Assembly (NCBI GenBank): GCA_963696385.1
Contig: CAVOKF010000005.1
Coordinates: 1,120,001-1,184,000, forward strand
From: an uncultured delta proteobacterium
GTDB taxonomy: Bacteria > Myxococcota_A > Polyangia > Polyangiales > Polyangiaceae
Direction of reading: 5' to 3'
DNA length: 64,000 nucleotides
Shown: piece by piece, positions 48,535-57,871 of the stretch
Numbering within the stretch: the stretch's first letter is position 1
Layout of the letters: each line of letters starts with the position of its first letter
The notes under the pieces: model-generated
Databases searched by the model: none
Told to the model about the DNA's origin: nothing
What the model saw: only the letters and a program-made list of their open reading frames with translations
Program-made: the position numbers and the translations under genes

Positions 48535-50166
48535 TCATCTCGTCGCCGCGCCCGATGCGCGTCCGAGAGCAATCTGCCGATCGGCGATGGCGTGCGCAAC
48601 GGCGTCCGCAAGCGCCCCGGCCCCCTTCGAATGTTTCGGGACGCCCGAGACCCGCCACCGAGCACCATCGGCATCGAGCGACAGGAGCTCGACGCGCGCC
48701 CGTTCGCAGGTCAGAAGGACGGCGTCGAGGAACGCCTCCTCGACGTCCGCCGGCCTCTCGCGCGGGTCGACGACCACGTCGATCGTGGTCAAAGGCGCCT
48801 GGCCCAGGACTCGGGTTGGATGCCAGAGCCCCAAGAGCTGGGGAACGTGCACCTCGCAGCCAAACGCGTCTTCGATGACGAGTTCGAGAAGGGTCACGTC
48901 GCGTACGATCCCCGTTCGGCCGCCCGCCTCGACGAAGTCGCCGAGACGCAGACGTCGGCCAAAGACGGCCGGTACACCCGCCGCGGCGCACGCGAGCACG
49001 GGGGTGCATGCGATTCCGATTGCGGCAAGCGCGACGACCCCCGCCCGCGAGAGCGCGCCATCGTCCGTTCCGGTGATGAGCGGCGCGGCGAGCACGATGG
49101 ACAGGAGCACCAGCCCGGCGCGCACAAGCACGCTTGTCGCCGCCGCGAGGTCTCGCGGCAGCCACGCGAGGTGCGTTTCGCCGCGCTCGACTCCGCCGAA
49201 GAACAGGCCCACGAATCGGACCGCGACGCCGAGCGCGACCGCGGCGATGGCAGCGACGACCACCAGCGGCAGGGCAGCCCCTAGCCGACCGATGAGCGCC
49301 GACAGCGGCACGAGGACAAACCCCGCGAGCCGGTCGGTATAGGGGCGCGTCACCTCGAAGCGCGAGAGCGCGAAGATGAGCCACGAGTACGCAACCGCAA
49401 ACTGCGCGAGACGATGCGCAAGCGCGAGCGAGATGGAGACCGCGCCGCGAACCGCCACCGGCCGGACGACTTCGATGCGCCCCAATCGAAGAGCCGGGAT
49501 CCGGTCCGGGTGGGTCTTCACCCAGGCGCGAAGGCGGCCCGAGAGGTCGCCGACGCGGCGGACGACGAGGAAGGCAAGCAGACTGGAGAAGACGAGCAGT
49601 GAAAGAGAAAACACGTGCTCGGCAATGGCGCTACGACGACGCTCCGTCCGAAGTGCGTCGTCGATTTTCGACGCTACGCCGGAAGCGTAAACGTGCAGAG
49701 TCACGTCTCCGCCAGCGGAGGCGGCGTCGTCCTCTCCGAGCGCAACGATCGGGGATTTGCCGACGAACACCACGGCCGTTCCGGGCTGCTCTTCAACGCG
49801 CGCGGTCGGCTGGTCGGGGTCTTCGAGGGTCGCGTCGAGCGCCGTGCTCGCAGCCCTCGCCCGATCTTGGGCCGAGAGCCCGGCGCGACTCGCCCGGAGC
49901 CCGAAGATCGTGCGCTCGTGCACCCGCACGTCGAAGGCCCGCCCGACCGAGCTCGACGTCGGGGCAGCGCCGCCCGGCGTGGAGGTGACTGCGCTCGGCT
50001 CGAAGGCGGCGCTCCGCGCTGATGCAGGGTGGACCAGGGCCAACGTCGCCGTGACCGCGAGCACCCACGCCGACAGGGTGATGACGACTCGTGGCCATCG
50101 AACCGTTCGCGCCCAACGCACCGTGGACTCAGCCTCGGCGTGTAAGGGGACCCAGGTCAAGGCCAT
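48535..50166 (-). CDS. MscS-family mechanosensitive channel with a periplasmic N-terminal domain
   Basis: LRLGDFVEAGGRTGIVRDVTLL...EVHVP; several TM helices. Confidence 0.8.
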   Translation of the reverse strand: MALTWVPLHAEAESTVRWARTVRWPRVVITLSAWVLAVTATLALVHPASARSAAFEPSAVTSTPGGAAPTSSSVGRAFDVRVHERTIFGLRASRAGLSAQDRARAASTALDATLEDPDQPTARVEEQPGTAVVFVGKSPIVALGEDDAASAGGDVTLHVYASGVASKIDDALRTERRRSAIAEHVFSLSLLVFSSLLAFLVVRRVGDLSGRLRAWVKTHPDRIPALRLGRIEVVRPVAVRGAVSISLALAHRLAQFAVAYSWLIFALSRFEVTRPYTDRLAGFVLVPLSALIGRLGAALPLVVVAAIAAVALGVAVRFVGLFFGGVERGETHLAWLPRDLAAATSVLVRAGLVLLSIVLAAPLITGTDDGALSRAGVVALAAIGIACTPVLACAAAGVPAVFGRRLRLGDFVEAGGRTGIVRDVTLLELVIEDAFGCEVHVPQLLGLWHPTRVLGQAPLTTIDVVVDPRERPADVEEAFLDAVLLTCERARVELLSLDADGARWRVSGVPKHSKGAGALADAVAHAIADRQIALGRASGAATR

Positions 50167-50182
50167 AAACCCCGGCTGGACC

Positions 50183-51505
50183 CTACTCGCCCGCTATCGT
50201 GAGCAACCAGCCGTGGGGCTCCCACTCTTCTTGGCCGGGATCGAACGGTCGCTCGGTACTGCCGACATTGACACCCACAATGAGCGTTCGGGCCACATCG
50301 TCGAGTGCGTCGACCGTCATGGATGCGCTTGTCGCGCGATCGAGCGACCGGACGGGAATCTCTGCGAGCGGGTGGCCCGCCCCGTCGAGCTTGACGATGA
50401 TCCAGCGCATCCGCGCGTAATCCTCCCATTGCGCCTCGACTCGAAGTCGCGCCCCGATCGGGGCGCCGGCGTGGTCCACCAACACGTAGCTCGCGCCGGT
50501 GGGTGCCACGGGCTCCGGCGACGCGAGGCGGCGCGCGTGCACGGGCCACGGCAGATGCCAGGCGACCGACGGGAATGGGGTGGTCGGGCTCGAGGCGCGC
50601 CAGACGGCGAACTCGACGAAAACGTCGTCGAGGGTCGATCCGGGCCACAGCGCGCCGTTGAGCGAAACGCGCAGAACGTCGAATCCTGTTGGGGCGGGGG
50701 CCCAGTGCCCGTCCTCCCAGGTGGCGGCACGCGTGCGGGTCGGCGAAAGCGCCCAGAGACCTTCCACGAGAGCCCCAGGCCGGGTGCCGAACCTCGCGTC
50801 GAGCCAGTCGAAAAGGATCGACGCTCCCCAATCGAACGGGACCGAGCTCGAATCGACGATGCAGCGGGTGGGATGCGATTGAAAGGCCTCGAGGTCATCG
50901 CGGTCGATGGGGGCGCATGGCGTCGCCAGTCGCGCGAGCATCTCCGTCTCGGCGGCGGCGCTGCCCGGGTCCGTCGCGGGGGCGGATCGCCAGAGCGAGC
51001 CTCGCGCGATCGCGCGTGCGATGGCGCGGTCGAGCGCGCAACCGGCGGCGGTCCGCCGCTCGACGAGGCCGAAGCTCGAGCCGCGGTCGAACGCAGAAGT
51101 CGGTTCCCGTCCGACAAATCCGGCGGAGGCTCCGAAGGCATCGCCGCCGCCGACGGCGCGATCGACCAGGTAGACCTGCCAGCGCTCCCCGTATGCCCCC
51201 TCCGGGGCTGGCAGACCGAGCGGGCCCGTCAGCACTCCCCAGGCGTCGTCTGCCGCCGCGATGAGGGCCGCGCCCGTGGCGGGTGGCGTGTTCCGCGGGG
51301 CGCGTACACAGAAAGGATAATGCACCGAGCAGGCGCGGGGCCAACCGTCGGCTCCGGCCGGCGGCACGGCCCATTCGACGGCAGGCCCGCGTCCGGCCGT
51401 GCTCCCGGCATCCTCCGACCCGACGTCGCCGGCCCGAGCGGGCGACGTCAGGATGGCCATGGCCAAGAGCAGCCGCGAGTTGGACAGGGGATGGAGCGCC
51501 TTCAC
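50183..51505 (-). CDS. Exported hypothetical protein (possible degenerate zincin)
   Basis: GGAGG RBS, signal peptide ending PARA, LGLPAP...WQVYLVD; first gene of the mscS/CPA operon. Confidence 0.65.
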   Translation of the reverse strand: MKALHPLSNSRLLLAMAILTSPARAGDVGSEDAGSTAGRGPAVEWAVPPAGADGWPRACSVHYPFCVRAPRNTPPATGAALIAAADDAWGVLTGPLGLPAPEGAYGERWQVYLVDRAVGGGDAFGASAGFVGREPTSAFDRGSSFGLVERRTAAGCALDRAIARAIARGSLWRSAPATDPGSAAAETEMLARLATPCAPIDRDDLEAFQSHPTRCIVDSSSVPFDWGASILFDWLDARFGTRPGALVEGLWALSPTRTRAATWEDGHWAPAPTGFDVLRVSLNGALWPGSTLDDVFVEFAVWRASSPTTPFPSVAWHLPWPVHARRLASPEPVAPTGASYVLVDHAGAPIGARLRVEAQWEDYARMRWIIVKLDGAGHPLAEIPVRSLDRATSASMTVDALDDVARTLIVGVNVGSTERPFDPGQEEWEPHGWLLTIAGE

Positions 51506-51534
51506 GAAGTAGTCGCTTCCTCCGACGTGTCGAT

Positions 51535-51564
51535 TTGACACCCTCTTTGTCGCACCCGTATAAG
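51535..51564 (+). promoter_or_regulatory. Sigma70-type promoter
   Basis: TTGACA (51535-51540), 18 bp, TATAAG (51559-51564), 15 nt before the ATG at 51580. Confidence 0.6.
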
Positions 51565-51579
51565 CTCAAAGAAAGCACG

Positions 51580-52134
51580 ATGACGGCCACTTCGTTCGAT
51601 TCGGCGCGCGCCGTTCGGTTCAATCTGCCACGGGGGACCGTGCAGGCCGCTGGGATGGATGAGCGACTGGTGCTCGTTCCCTGCTCAGCCCTGGACAATC
51701 TCGTCCTCTCGGTGTCGTCCGAGGCGGTCGAAGCCTTGGGCATGTCCATCGGCGCCGCCATCGGCACGCGCGCCGCTGCGCGTGTGTCCGACATGCAGTC
51801 CGCTTCGGTGGAGGAGTTCGTCACGCAACTCGCGGGCGAGGCGGCCATCGCGGGCATCGGCTCGCTCTCGGTCGAGCGCTGGGGGCGTGCGCTCGTCGTC
51901 GTCCTCGACCGGTCGCCCCTGGCGAGCGCATGGATTTGTCCCGTCGTCGCTTCCGCCCTCCAGGCCGCCTGCGGTCGAAAGGTGGCCACCCTGCTTCTTT
52001 CGCGCGACGCCGACAGCGCGCGGGTTCTCGTCAGCAGCGAGCGAGGCGTCGCGCGGGTCGGCGAGTGGGTCGCTTCCGGCGTGGCGTGGGGCGACGCGCT
52101 GGCGAGGTTGCACACGGGCGGCACGCGTGGATAA
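51580..52134 (+). CDS. Hypothetical protein, V4R/XylR_N-like pattern
   Basis: RLVLVPCSAL...LGMSIG...AGIGSLSV pattern. Confidence 0.6.
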   Translation: MTATSFDSARAVRFNLPRGTVQAAGMDERLVLVPCSALDNLVLSVSSEAVEALGMSIGAAIGTRAAARVSDMQSASVEEFVTQLAGEAAIAGIGSLSVERWGRALVVVLDRSPLASAWICPVVASALQAACGRKVATLLLSRDADSARVLVSSERGVARVGEWVASGVAWGDALARLHTGGTRG

Positions 52135-53029
52135 GGCGCGAACGCTCGCCAAGCTGCAGGCGCTCCTCGAGCGGATTCGCTCGCGGGCCAGAGAGCCGCT
52201 GCCGCGCGCCGCCCCAGCGCCGGAGCCCGCTGCGCCGGCCGTTCAGACATCCACTGTGCGAGACCCACCCGTACCCATACAGATGGCCGCCGAGGTCCAA
52301 CCGTTGGAACGGCCGCCGGCCGTCGTCGGCGTGGACGATTCCCTCGGCTTGACCACATGGTCGCCCCCTGCGGCTGCCGCCGAGCCCCAGCCCGAGCCCG
52401 AGCCCGAGATCGACATCGAAGTCGAGGTTGAAGTCGACGTCTCCGATGTGGGCCAGCCCGGCGTCGCAGAGGAAGTCCGGGCCGTTGGCTCGCCTCTCTC
52501 CGGGGATTCGGATAGCGCCGAGCGATTGGTGGTCGCCGCGGCCGCTTCGGAGCTGACCGAGGGCTCGCTATCCGAGGAGACGGCGGGCGCGCTCATCGCC
52601 TCCGGCACGACGACGGAGTTGGCTGACGCGCCGGGCGGAGGATTCGACGCCGAGGAGCCCACGGGTGCCACGAACGGGTTCGAGGACGACGAGTCCGCCC
52701 CGGCATCTTCCCGTCGTCCGGTCGCGGCCGTGTCCGAGAATCACCTGACGTTGGCCTTCGGCTCCGACGAGCCCGAGCCCCCGCGGCACACGCCGCCACC
52801 CGAGTCCGGGCGCCTCCCTGCTCCATCCGGAGAAGGGTTCGATGAACGGACCTCCGCGCGCGAGGCACGCCCCGGCGAATCAGCGCAAACCTCGATAGGC
52901 GAATTGCTGCCCGACGCGACGCGAGCATCGCTCGAATCCGCAAGCCGTGTCCCCGACGTGATCGGCGAGGCGCAGCGCTTCGCGCCGGCGACGTTCCTGG
53001 CCTGGCTCGATGCCAGCATCGAATTTTGA
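52127..53029 (+). CDS. Acidic Pro/Glu-rich, mostly disordered protein
   Basis: GTG start overlapping the upstream gene; terminal helices flank a low-complexity core. Confidence 0.65.
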   Translation: MDKARTLAKLQALLERIRSRAREPLPRAAPAPEPAAPAVQTSTVRDPPVPIQMAAEVQPLERPPAVVGVDDSLGLTTWSPPAAAAEPQPEPEPEIDIEVEVEVDVSDVGQPGVAEEVRAVGSPLSGDSDSAERLVVAAAASELTEGSLSEETAGALIASGTTTELADAPGGGFDAEEPTGATNGFEDDESAPASSRRPVAAVSENHLTLAFGSDEPEPPRHTPPPESGRLPAPSGEGFDERTSAREARPGESAQTSIGELLPDATRASLESASRVPDVIGEAQRFAPATFLAWLDASIEF

Positions 53030-53038
53030 ACCGCGCGC

Positions 53039-53956
53039 TCAGCGGATCCAGGTTACGCTTGCGTGGTTGAGCCACGTGCGCTGTCTGCGCGCGAAGAGGC
53101 GCGTGGCGCGCACGATGGCCCCGGCGAGTTCGTCGCGCGGGATCGCACCGCTTAGCATTGCCCCGATCTGAGCATACCCGACGCTACTCATCGCTCGAGC
53201 TCCGCCGTATCCCCGTGTGCGCAGCGATTCGACCTCCTCAATCCAACCGTTTGCGAGCCACGCATGCACGCGCGCCTCGATGCGCCGCGAGAGCTCTTCG
53301 GGCTCCCACGCCGGAGCGATGACGCGCGCTTTGAGGCGTGCCACGGAAAACCCGTGCTCGCGTTGCCACACGCTCATGGGCTTGCCCGTGAGCTCGTGCA
53401 CTTCGAGGGCGCGGCTGACGCGCACGAAATCGTTCGGGTGCAGCCGCGTCGCGATGTCGGCGTCGACTTGTCGCAGCCGCGCGTGCAGCGCCGGCCGTCC
53501 TTCCTGCTCGACGATCGCTCTGTGCCGTGCGCGCACGTCGCGATTCGCGCCGGGCGCGGGCGCCAGCCCGAAGAGCAGCGCTTTGACCCAGAGGAACGTT
53601 CCTCCGCACACGATGGCGGTTCGACCGCGAGCGCGAATGTCGTCGATGGCACAGACGGCTCGACCCGCCCACCAGGCCGCGTCGACCGGTTCCGACGGAT
53701 CGACCGCTGCGACGAGGTGATGCGGCGCGCGAGCGAGCTCCAAGGGGCTTGGTTTTCCGGACCCCGCGTCGAAATCACGATATACTTGGACGCTATCGGC
53801 GCCGACGATTTCGCCGTCGATCCGGGCCGCGATCTCGACGGCGAGTGCGGTCTTGCCGCTCGCGGTCGGGCCGACGATGGCCAAGATTTCGTCCGGGTGC
53901 TTCTGCGCAATCCGCAGCGCATGCTCAACGACCGACACGGCGTTCGAGCTCGTCAT
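53039..53956 (-). CDS. miaA: tRNA dimethylallyltransferase
   Basis: GPTASGKT, DSVQVY, PHHL, GGT, RALEV, FARRQRTW. Confidence 0.96.
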   Translation of the reverse strand: MTSSNAVSVVEHALRIAQKHPDEILAIVGPTASGKTALAVEIAARIDGEIVGADSVQVYRDFDAGSGKPSPLELARAPHHLVAAVDPSEPVDAAWWAGRAVCAIDDIRARGRTAIVCGGTFLWVKALLFGLAPAPGANRDVRARHRAIVEQEGRPALHARLRQVDADIATRLHPNDFVRVSRALEVHELTGKPMSVWQREHGFSVARLKARVIAPAWEPEELSRRIEARVHAWLANGWIEEVESLRTRGYGGARAMSSVGYAQIGAMLSGAIPRDELAGAIVRATRLFARRQRTWLNHASVTWIR

Positions 53957-55790
53957 AGCCAATGCGCGTGATAATGGGTCGTCCGTGCGGACAGTGTCCG
54001 GCGAAGTCGACGGCGTCGAGGGCCCGCAGGAGCGCCATGGCTTCTTCGCGCCCGACCGTGTCGCCAGCCCGCACGCTGCCGTGGCATGCCATGGTGGCAA
54101 GGACGAGGTCGACCGCTTGGGCAAACGGCCGCCTGGCCATGCGTCCAAGCTCGGCGACCAAGTCGCGAACGATACGCTCGGGGTGGGCGCGCGCGAGCCA
54201 GGTCGGCACGGCGTGCACTGCGACGGCGTTCGGGCCGACCGCACGCAACTCGACCCCGAGCTCGGCCACCTCGGCAGCGTGCTCCTCGAGAATGGCCACC
54301 TCGGCGGCAAGCAGCTCGATCACCTCCGCGACCAGCAGTCGCTGCATCGCGATCGACCGGGACGCAAACGCACTTTGCAGCCTATGGAACGTGACGCGTT
54401 CGGCGGCTGCGTGCTGGTCGATCACGTACAGACCGTCGGGGCCGGCACACAGGAGAAACATCGCGCGGACCTGCGCGACAAAGTCGAGCGTGCGATAAAA
54501 GCCAGGGCCATCCAGCCGCGTCTGCGCGGGTGAATCGTCCTCCGCCCTAGGGGCGGCCGCTACGTCGGCGATGGCCAATGCCGCGCCATCGGGACGGATC
54601 GGCCAACCGTCCGAGACTTGGACCGACGCCGCATGCGAGTAGCCGTGAAATGCCGCACTGGGCGTGACAGGTGGGTCGGAGACTTCGCCATCCGAAGAAC
54701 TACGAAAATCCGCACTGGGCATGACGTGTGGGTCGGAGACCGTGCTCGTTCCGACGGTGGGAGTTGGCCCAACGCCAAACGTTCGTGATCGCCCGAGCGC
54801 CGGGAGCGCAAACGCTCGCCCCAGCGCGGCATGAAGCTCTCGAGTCGTCGCGTCATGCAGTGCACGCGCGTCCGCGAAGCGGACTTCGGCCTTTTGCGGG
54901 TGGACGTTGACGTCGACCCGGTCGGGAGGCAGGTCGACGTAGACCACGCCGACCGGATAGCGCCCTGGTTCCAGGACGGATCCGTAGGCCTGCGCGACGG
55001 CCCGGGCGAGAGCCCGATCGCGCACTGGGCGTCCGTTGACCAGCAGTCGCAACCCGACGGCGCCCGCGCGCGCGCGTTCCGGCGAAGCAAGATGCGCATC
55101 GATGCGGAGCGCGCCGCGCTGCGCAACGCACATCTCCAGGTGCTCCCCTTCGAACGCTTGCAACGCGCGCTCGTGCCTCGACTGAACGCGCAGCCATTGG
55201 CGCGCGGCGCGCCCGTCACGGACCAGAAAAAAACTGACGTCCGGGCGTGCCAGGGCGGCCAAGAGAAGAGCCTCGCTCACGTGAGCGGCCTCGGTCCCCA
55301 CCGACTTGAGAAACTTGCGGCGCGCGGGAACATTGAAGAAGAGGTCGCGTACATCCACCGTCGTCCCGACGGAGCCACCCGCGGGGTTCACCCGGGGCAC
55401 CCCTCCTCCGTCCACGACGACTTCGGTCCCCTCGACGGCGCCGCGCGCGCGCGTGAGCACGCGGATCTTTGCGATGGATGCGATGCTGGGCAGTGCCTCT
55501 CCCCGAAAACCGAAGGTCTCTAGCGCGAACAGGTCTTCCTTAGCCCGGAGTTTGCTCGTGGCGTGCCGCTCGAGCGCGAGCCGCGCGTCGTCGGCGTCCA
55601 TTCCGCGCCCGTCGTCGCTGACGCGGACCAAATCGGTGCCGCCCTGGCCGATGTCGACCTGAACACGTGTGGCGCCGGCGTCCAGCGCATTCTCGACCAG
55701 CTCTTTGACGACGCTCGCGGGCCGTTCGACGACCTCTCCCGCAGCGATCTGGTTCGCGAGGTCGCTCGGCAGTCTTTGGATCTCACCCAT
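53925..55790 (-). CDS. mutL: DNA mismatch repair endonuclease MutL
   Basis: NQIAAGEVVERPASVVKELVEN, HATSK, GFRGEAL, DVNVHPQK, DQHAA, CPHGRP. Confidence 0.97.
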   Translation of the reverse strand: MGEIQRLPSDLANQIAAGEVVERPASVVKELVENALDAGATRVQVDIGQGGTDLVRVSDDGRGMDADDARLALERHATSKLRAKEDLFALETFGFRGEALPSIASIAKIRVLTRARGAVEGTEVVVDGGGVPRVNPAGGSVGTTVDVRDLFFNVPARRKFLKSVGTEAAHVSEALLLAALARPDVSFFLVRDGRAARQWLRVQSRHERALQAFEGEHLEMCVAQRGALRIDAHLASPERARAGAVGLRLLVNGRPVRDRALARAVAQAYGSVLEPGRYPVGVVYVDLPPDRVDVNVHPQKAEVRFADARALHDATTRELHAALGRAFALPALGRSRTFGVGPTPTVGTSTVSDPHVMPSADFRSSSDGEVSDPPVTPSAAFHGYSHAASVQVSDGWPIRPDGAALAIADVAAAPRAEDDSPAQTRLDGPGFYRTLDFVAQVRAMFLLCAGPDGLYVIDQHAAAERVTFHRLQSAFASRSIAMQRLLVAEVIELLAAEVAILEEHAAEVAELGVELRAVGPNAVAVHAVPTWLARAHPERIVRDLVAELGRMARRPFAQAVDLVLATMACHGSVRAGDTVGREEAMALLRALDAVDFAGHCPHGRPIITRIGYDELERRVGR

Positions 55791-55797
55791 GCGCCGA

Positions 55798-56424
55798 CTA
55801 GCGCTCCTCGATGGCTCCAGCCGCGGCATCGAGGAGCTCGCGCGACTTGCGGCGGGTCAATGCCACGACGATCAACGCGCTCGCGACCGTGTAGAACGTG
55901 AGTTCGATGGCAGGCACGGCACGGGCCACGCTCGAAAGCGCGCGGACGGTGTCGTCGGCGCGGACGCGATCCGGCGTCCCTTCGCGAATTTGCGCTTCTT
56001 GCCTCGCCTCCGAGAAACGCAGGTCGGCGTCGAACACGTCACGCAACAGCCAGAGCCCGGCGGCATTGGTCGCTGCCTGGGCGACCACCAGCTGGATGAG
56101 CGCCGCGCGGGACCCTTTCGTCCCGCCCATCGCGCGGATTGCGAAGACGACGACCGCGCCGCCCAGCAGAAGCGTCGCCACGGCCAGGGGCCAGCCGCGC
56201 GCCTTCTCCGCATCGAGGACTTGCAGAAACGCTTGCGCTCGGGCCACGACGACCGCGCGCTCAGCTTGATCGGCGATGCCTTCGCCCAGCAGCGACGTGT
56301 CGACCGGATCGCGATACAGCGCGACCGTGTTGTAGCCGCGGCATGCCCCCATACTGCCGAGTGCGAGCGCCCCGAGAAGGGCGAGCACCAGGTACCAGGG
56401 GCGCTTGCGAGCCGCGATGGCCAT
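55798..56424 (-). CDS. Hypothetical membrane protein (about 4 TM)
   Basis: Hydrophobic segments; directly upstream of mutL. Confidence 0.7.
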   Translation of the reverse strand: MAIAARKRPWYLVLALLGALALGSMGACRGYNTVALYRDPVDTSLLGEGIADQAERAVVVARAQAFLQVLDAEKARGWPLAVATLLLGGAVVVFAIRAMGGTKGSRAALIQLVVAQAATNAAGLWLLRDVFDADLRFSEARQEAQIREGTPDRVRADDTVRALSSVARAVPAIELTFYTVASALIVVALTRRKSRELLDAAAGAIEER

Positions 56425-56530
56425 GCCGTCAGTGCGGATAGCATGAGCGGACGGCGTCGGGCACGCGCCCGCGGGGACGGGCCGCGCCACGTTCGACCCC
56501 GAGCACGACGGATCGGCAGTCGAACCGGCT

Positions 56531-57871
56531 CTAAGGCGCGCAGCAGATGGTCATCGCGCCCTCGAGCGTGAGGCTCTCGATCTGCGAGCCAGAATATTGA
56601 CACTCCAGATCTTGGGCCATACCGCCCGTATAGTCGTACGATTGGAACGTCGGGGCGGCCGCGGTCGCTGGAGAGGGTCCACACGTTCCATCGGCCTGCA
56701 CGGCCCATGGAGCGCCGTGGCACGCAGGGTCCGGATAGAAGTTCACCGTTCCAGAGCACGTCCCGGTCAAGGTGCAGGGGCAGTCGCCGCACGAGATCGA
56801 AAGGCTCGTGCCGACCAGGTGCACGGCACCCAGCGGTCCAGGCGGACAATCCCATTGGCCAGTCCGGGCGATGCACGGTGCGTACGGGTCGGCGACCTGG
56901 GGCGTGCACACGTCCCCAGTACATTGCGCCGAGGTTGGGTCGTCCGGTAGGCACGTGCGTCCCTCGCTTGCAAACGTCACGCGATCAGGAACGACTTCGC
57001 CGGGAACCGTGCAGGATCCGCCCGCTGGCGCAGGTGGATCGAACTCGACGTGCGTCGCGGACGAGAGGACGGCAGGCACGTCCGTGTTGCACCCTCCGGC
57101 CAGGTCGTTGGCGAGCGACGCCGCTTCGGACGCGCATCCGACGGATGGGAACGGGCTCGAATCGTAAAAGAACGGGATGGGGCCCGACGAACACGAAGGG
57201 GTCGTCTGCAGCGCGCAGGACCCGCAGGTGCATGCGTTGGAGACATCGGGGCTTTCTTCGACGTCGATGGATTGCTGGCCGAAGCCAGCAGGGCACGGCG
57301 CCATCTGGGAGGTCGCGAAAGCGACGAGCATCCATCCTTCGGGGACGACGATGCATCCGGCATCGGAATCGCAAGGAGGGCCGGCTTCGCCCTCGACGTC
57401 TGCCGCGGCATCCGGCCCGGCATTGGACGCGGCATCGGGGACATTGGACGCGGCATCGGGGACATTGGACGTGGCATCGGGGACATTGGACGTGGCATCG
57501 GGGGCATTGGACGCCGCATCCGGCGCAGCATCGACTGCGGCGAGCGGAGCATCCGGTGCAGGAGCATCGGGCGCGGCGTTGGCCGCGTCGAACGGGGGCG
57601 AGACGGCCGCCACATCGCTTACGCCCTCGTCGCCGGCTTGCCCTTGCCCGTCTGGCGGTACGGGCTCCGCATCCTCCGGGCCAACGGTTCCGTCGGCGTC
57701 CGCGGCTGTGACACTACCGGCGTCGGCGTCCGACAGCGGCCCCAGTCCGTTCATGTCGAGGGCACAAGCGCTCGCGAGCATCCATGCCCCGACGGCGACC
57801 CACCCCCCGCGGGCAAGCCTGCTGCCACTCGTGGAAGCTGCCCCCCTAATTCTTCTTTTGCGAGTCTCCAA
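56531..57871 (-). CDS. Cys-rich myxobacterial lipoprotein with a PDA-repeat linker
   Basis: Lipobox ASAC, DA-rich linker, many Cys, ends TICCAP; start uncertain. Confidence 0.75.
   Translation of the reverse strand: METRKRRIRGAASTSGSRLARGGWVAVGAWMLASACALDMNGLGPLSDADAGSVTAADADGTVGPEDAEPVPPDGQGQAGDEGVSDVAAVSPPFDAANAAPDAPAPDAPLAAVDAAPDAASNAPDATSNVPDATSNVPDAASNVPDAASNAGPDAAADVEGEAGPPCDSDAGCIVVPEGWMLVAFATSQMAPCPAGFGQQSIDVEESPDVSNACTCGSCALQTTPSCSSGPIPFFYDSSPFPSVGCASEAASLANDLAGGCNTDVPAVLSSATHVEFDPPAPAGGSCTVPGEVVPDRVTFASEGRTCLPDDPTSAQCTGDVCTPQVADPYAPCIARTGQWDCPPGPLGAVHLVGTSLSISCGDCPCTLTGTCSGTVNFYPDPACHGAPWAVQADGTCGPSPATAAAPTFQSYDYTGGMAQDLECQYSGSQIESLTLEGAMTICCAP
57421..57521. repeat. Intragenic 21-bp tandem repeat, about 5 copies
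   Basis: CATTGGACG(C/T)GGCATCGGGG(A/G), encoding PDA(A/T)SN(V/A) on the minus strand. Confidence 0.92.

Noticed and set aside
57421..57521. CRISPR-like repeat
   Set aside because: Head-to-tail in-frame coding repeat with no spacers.
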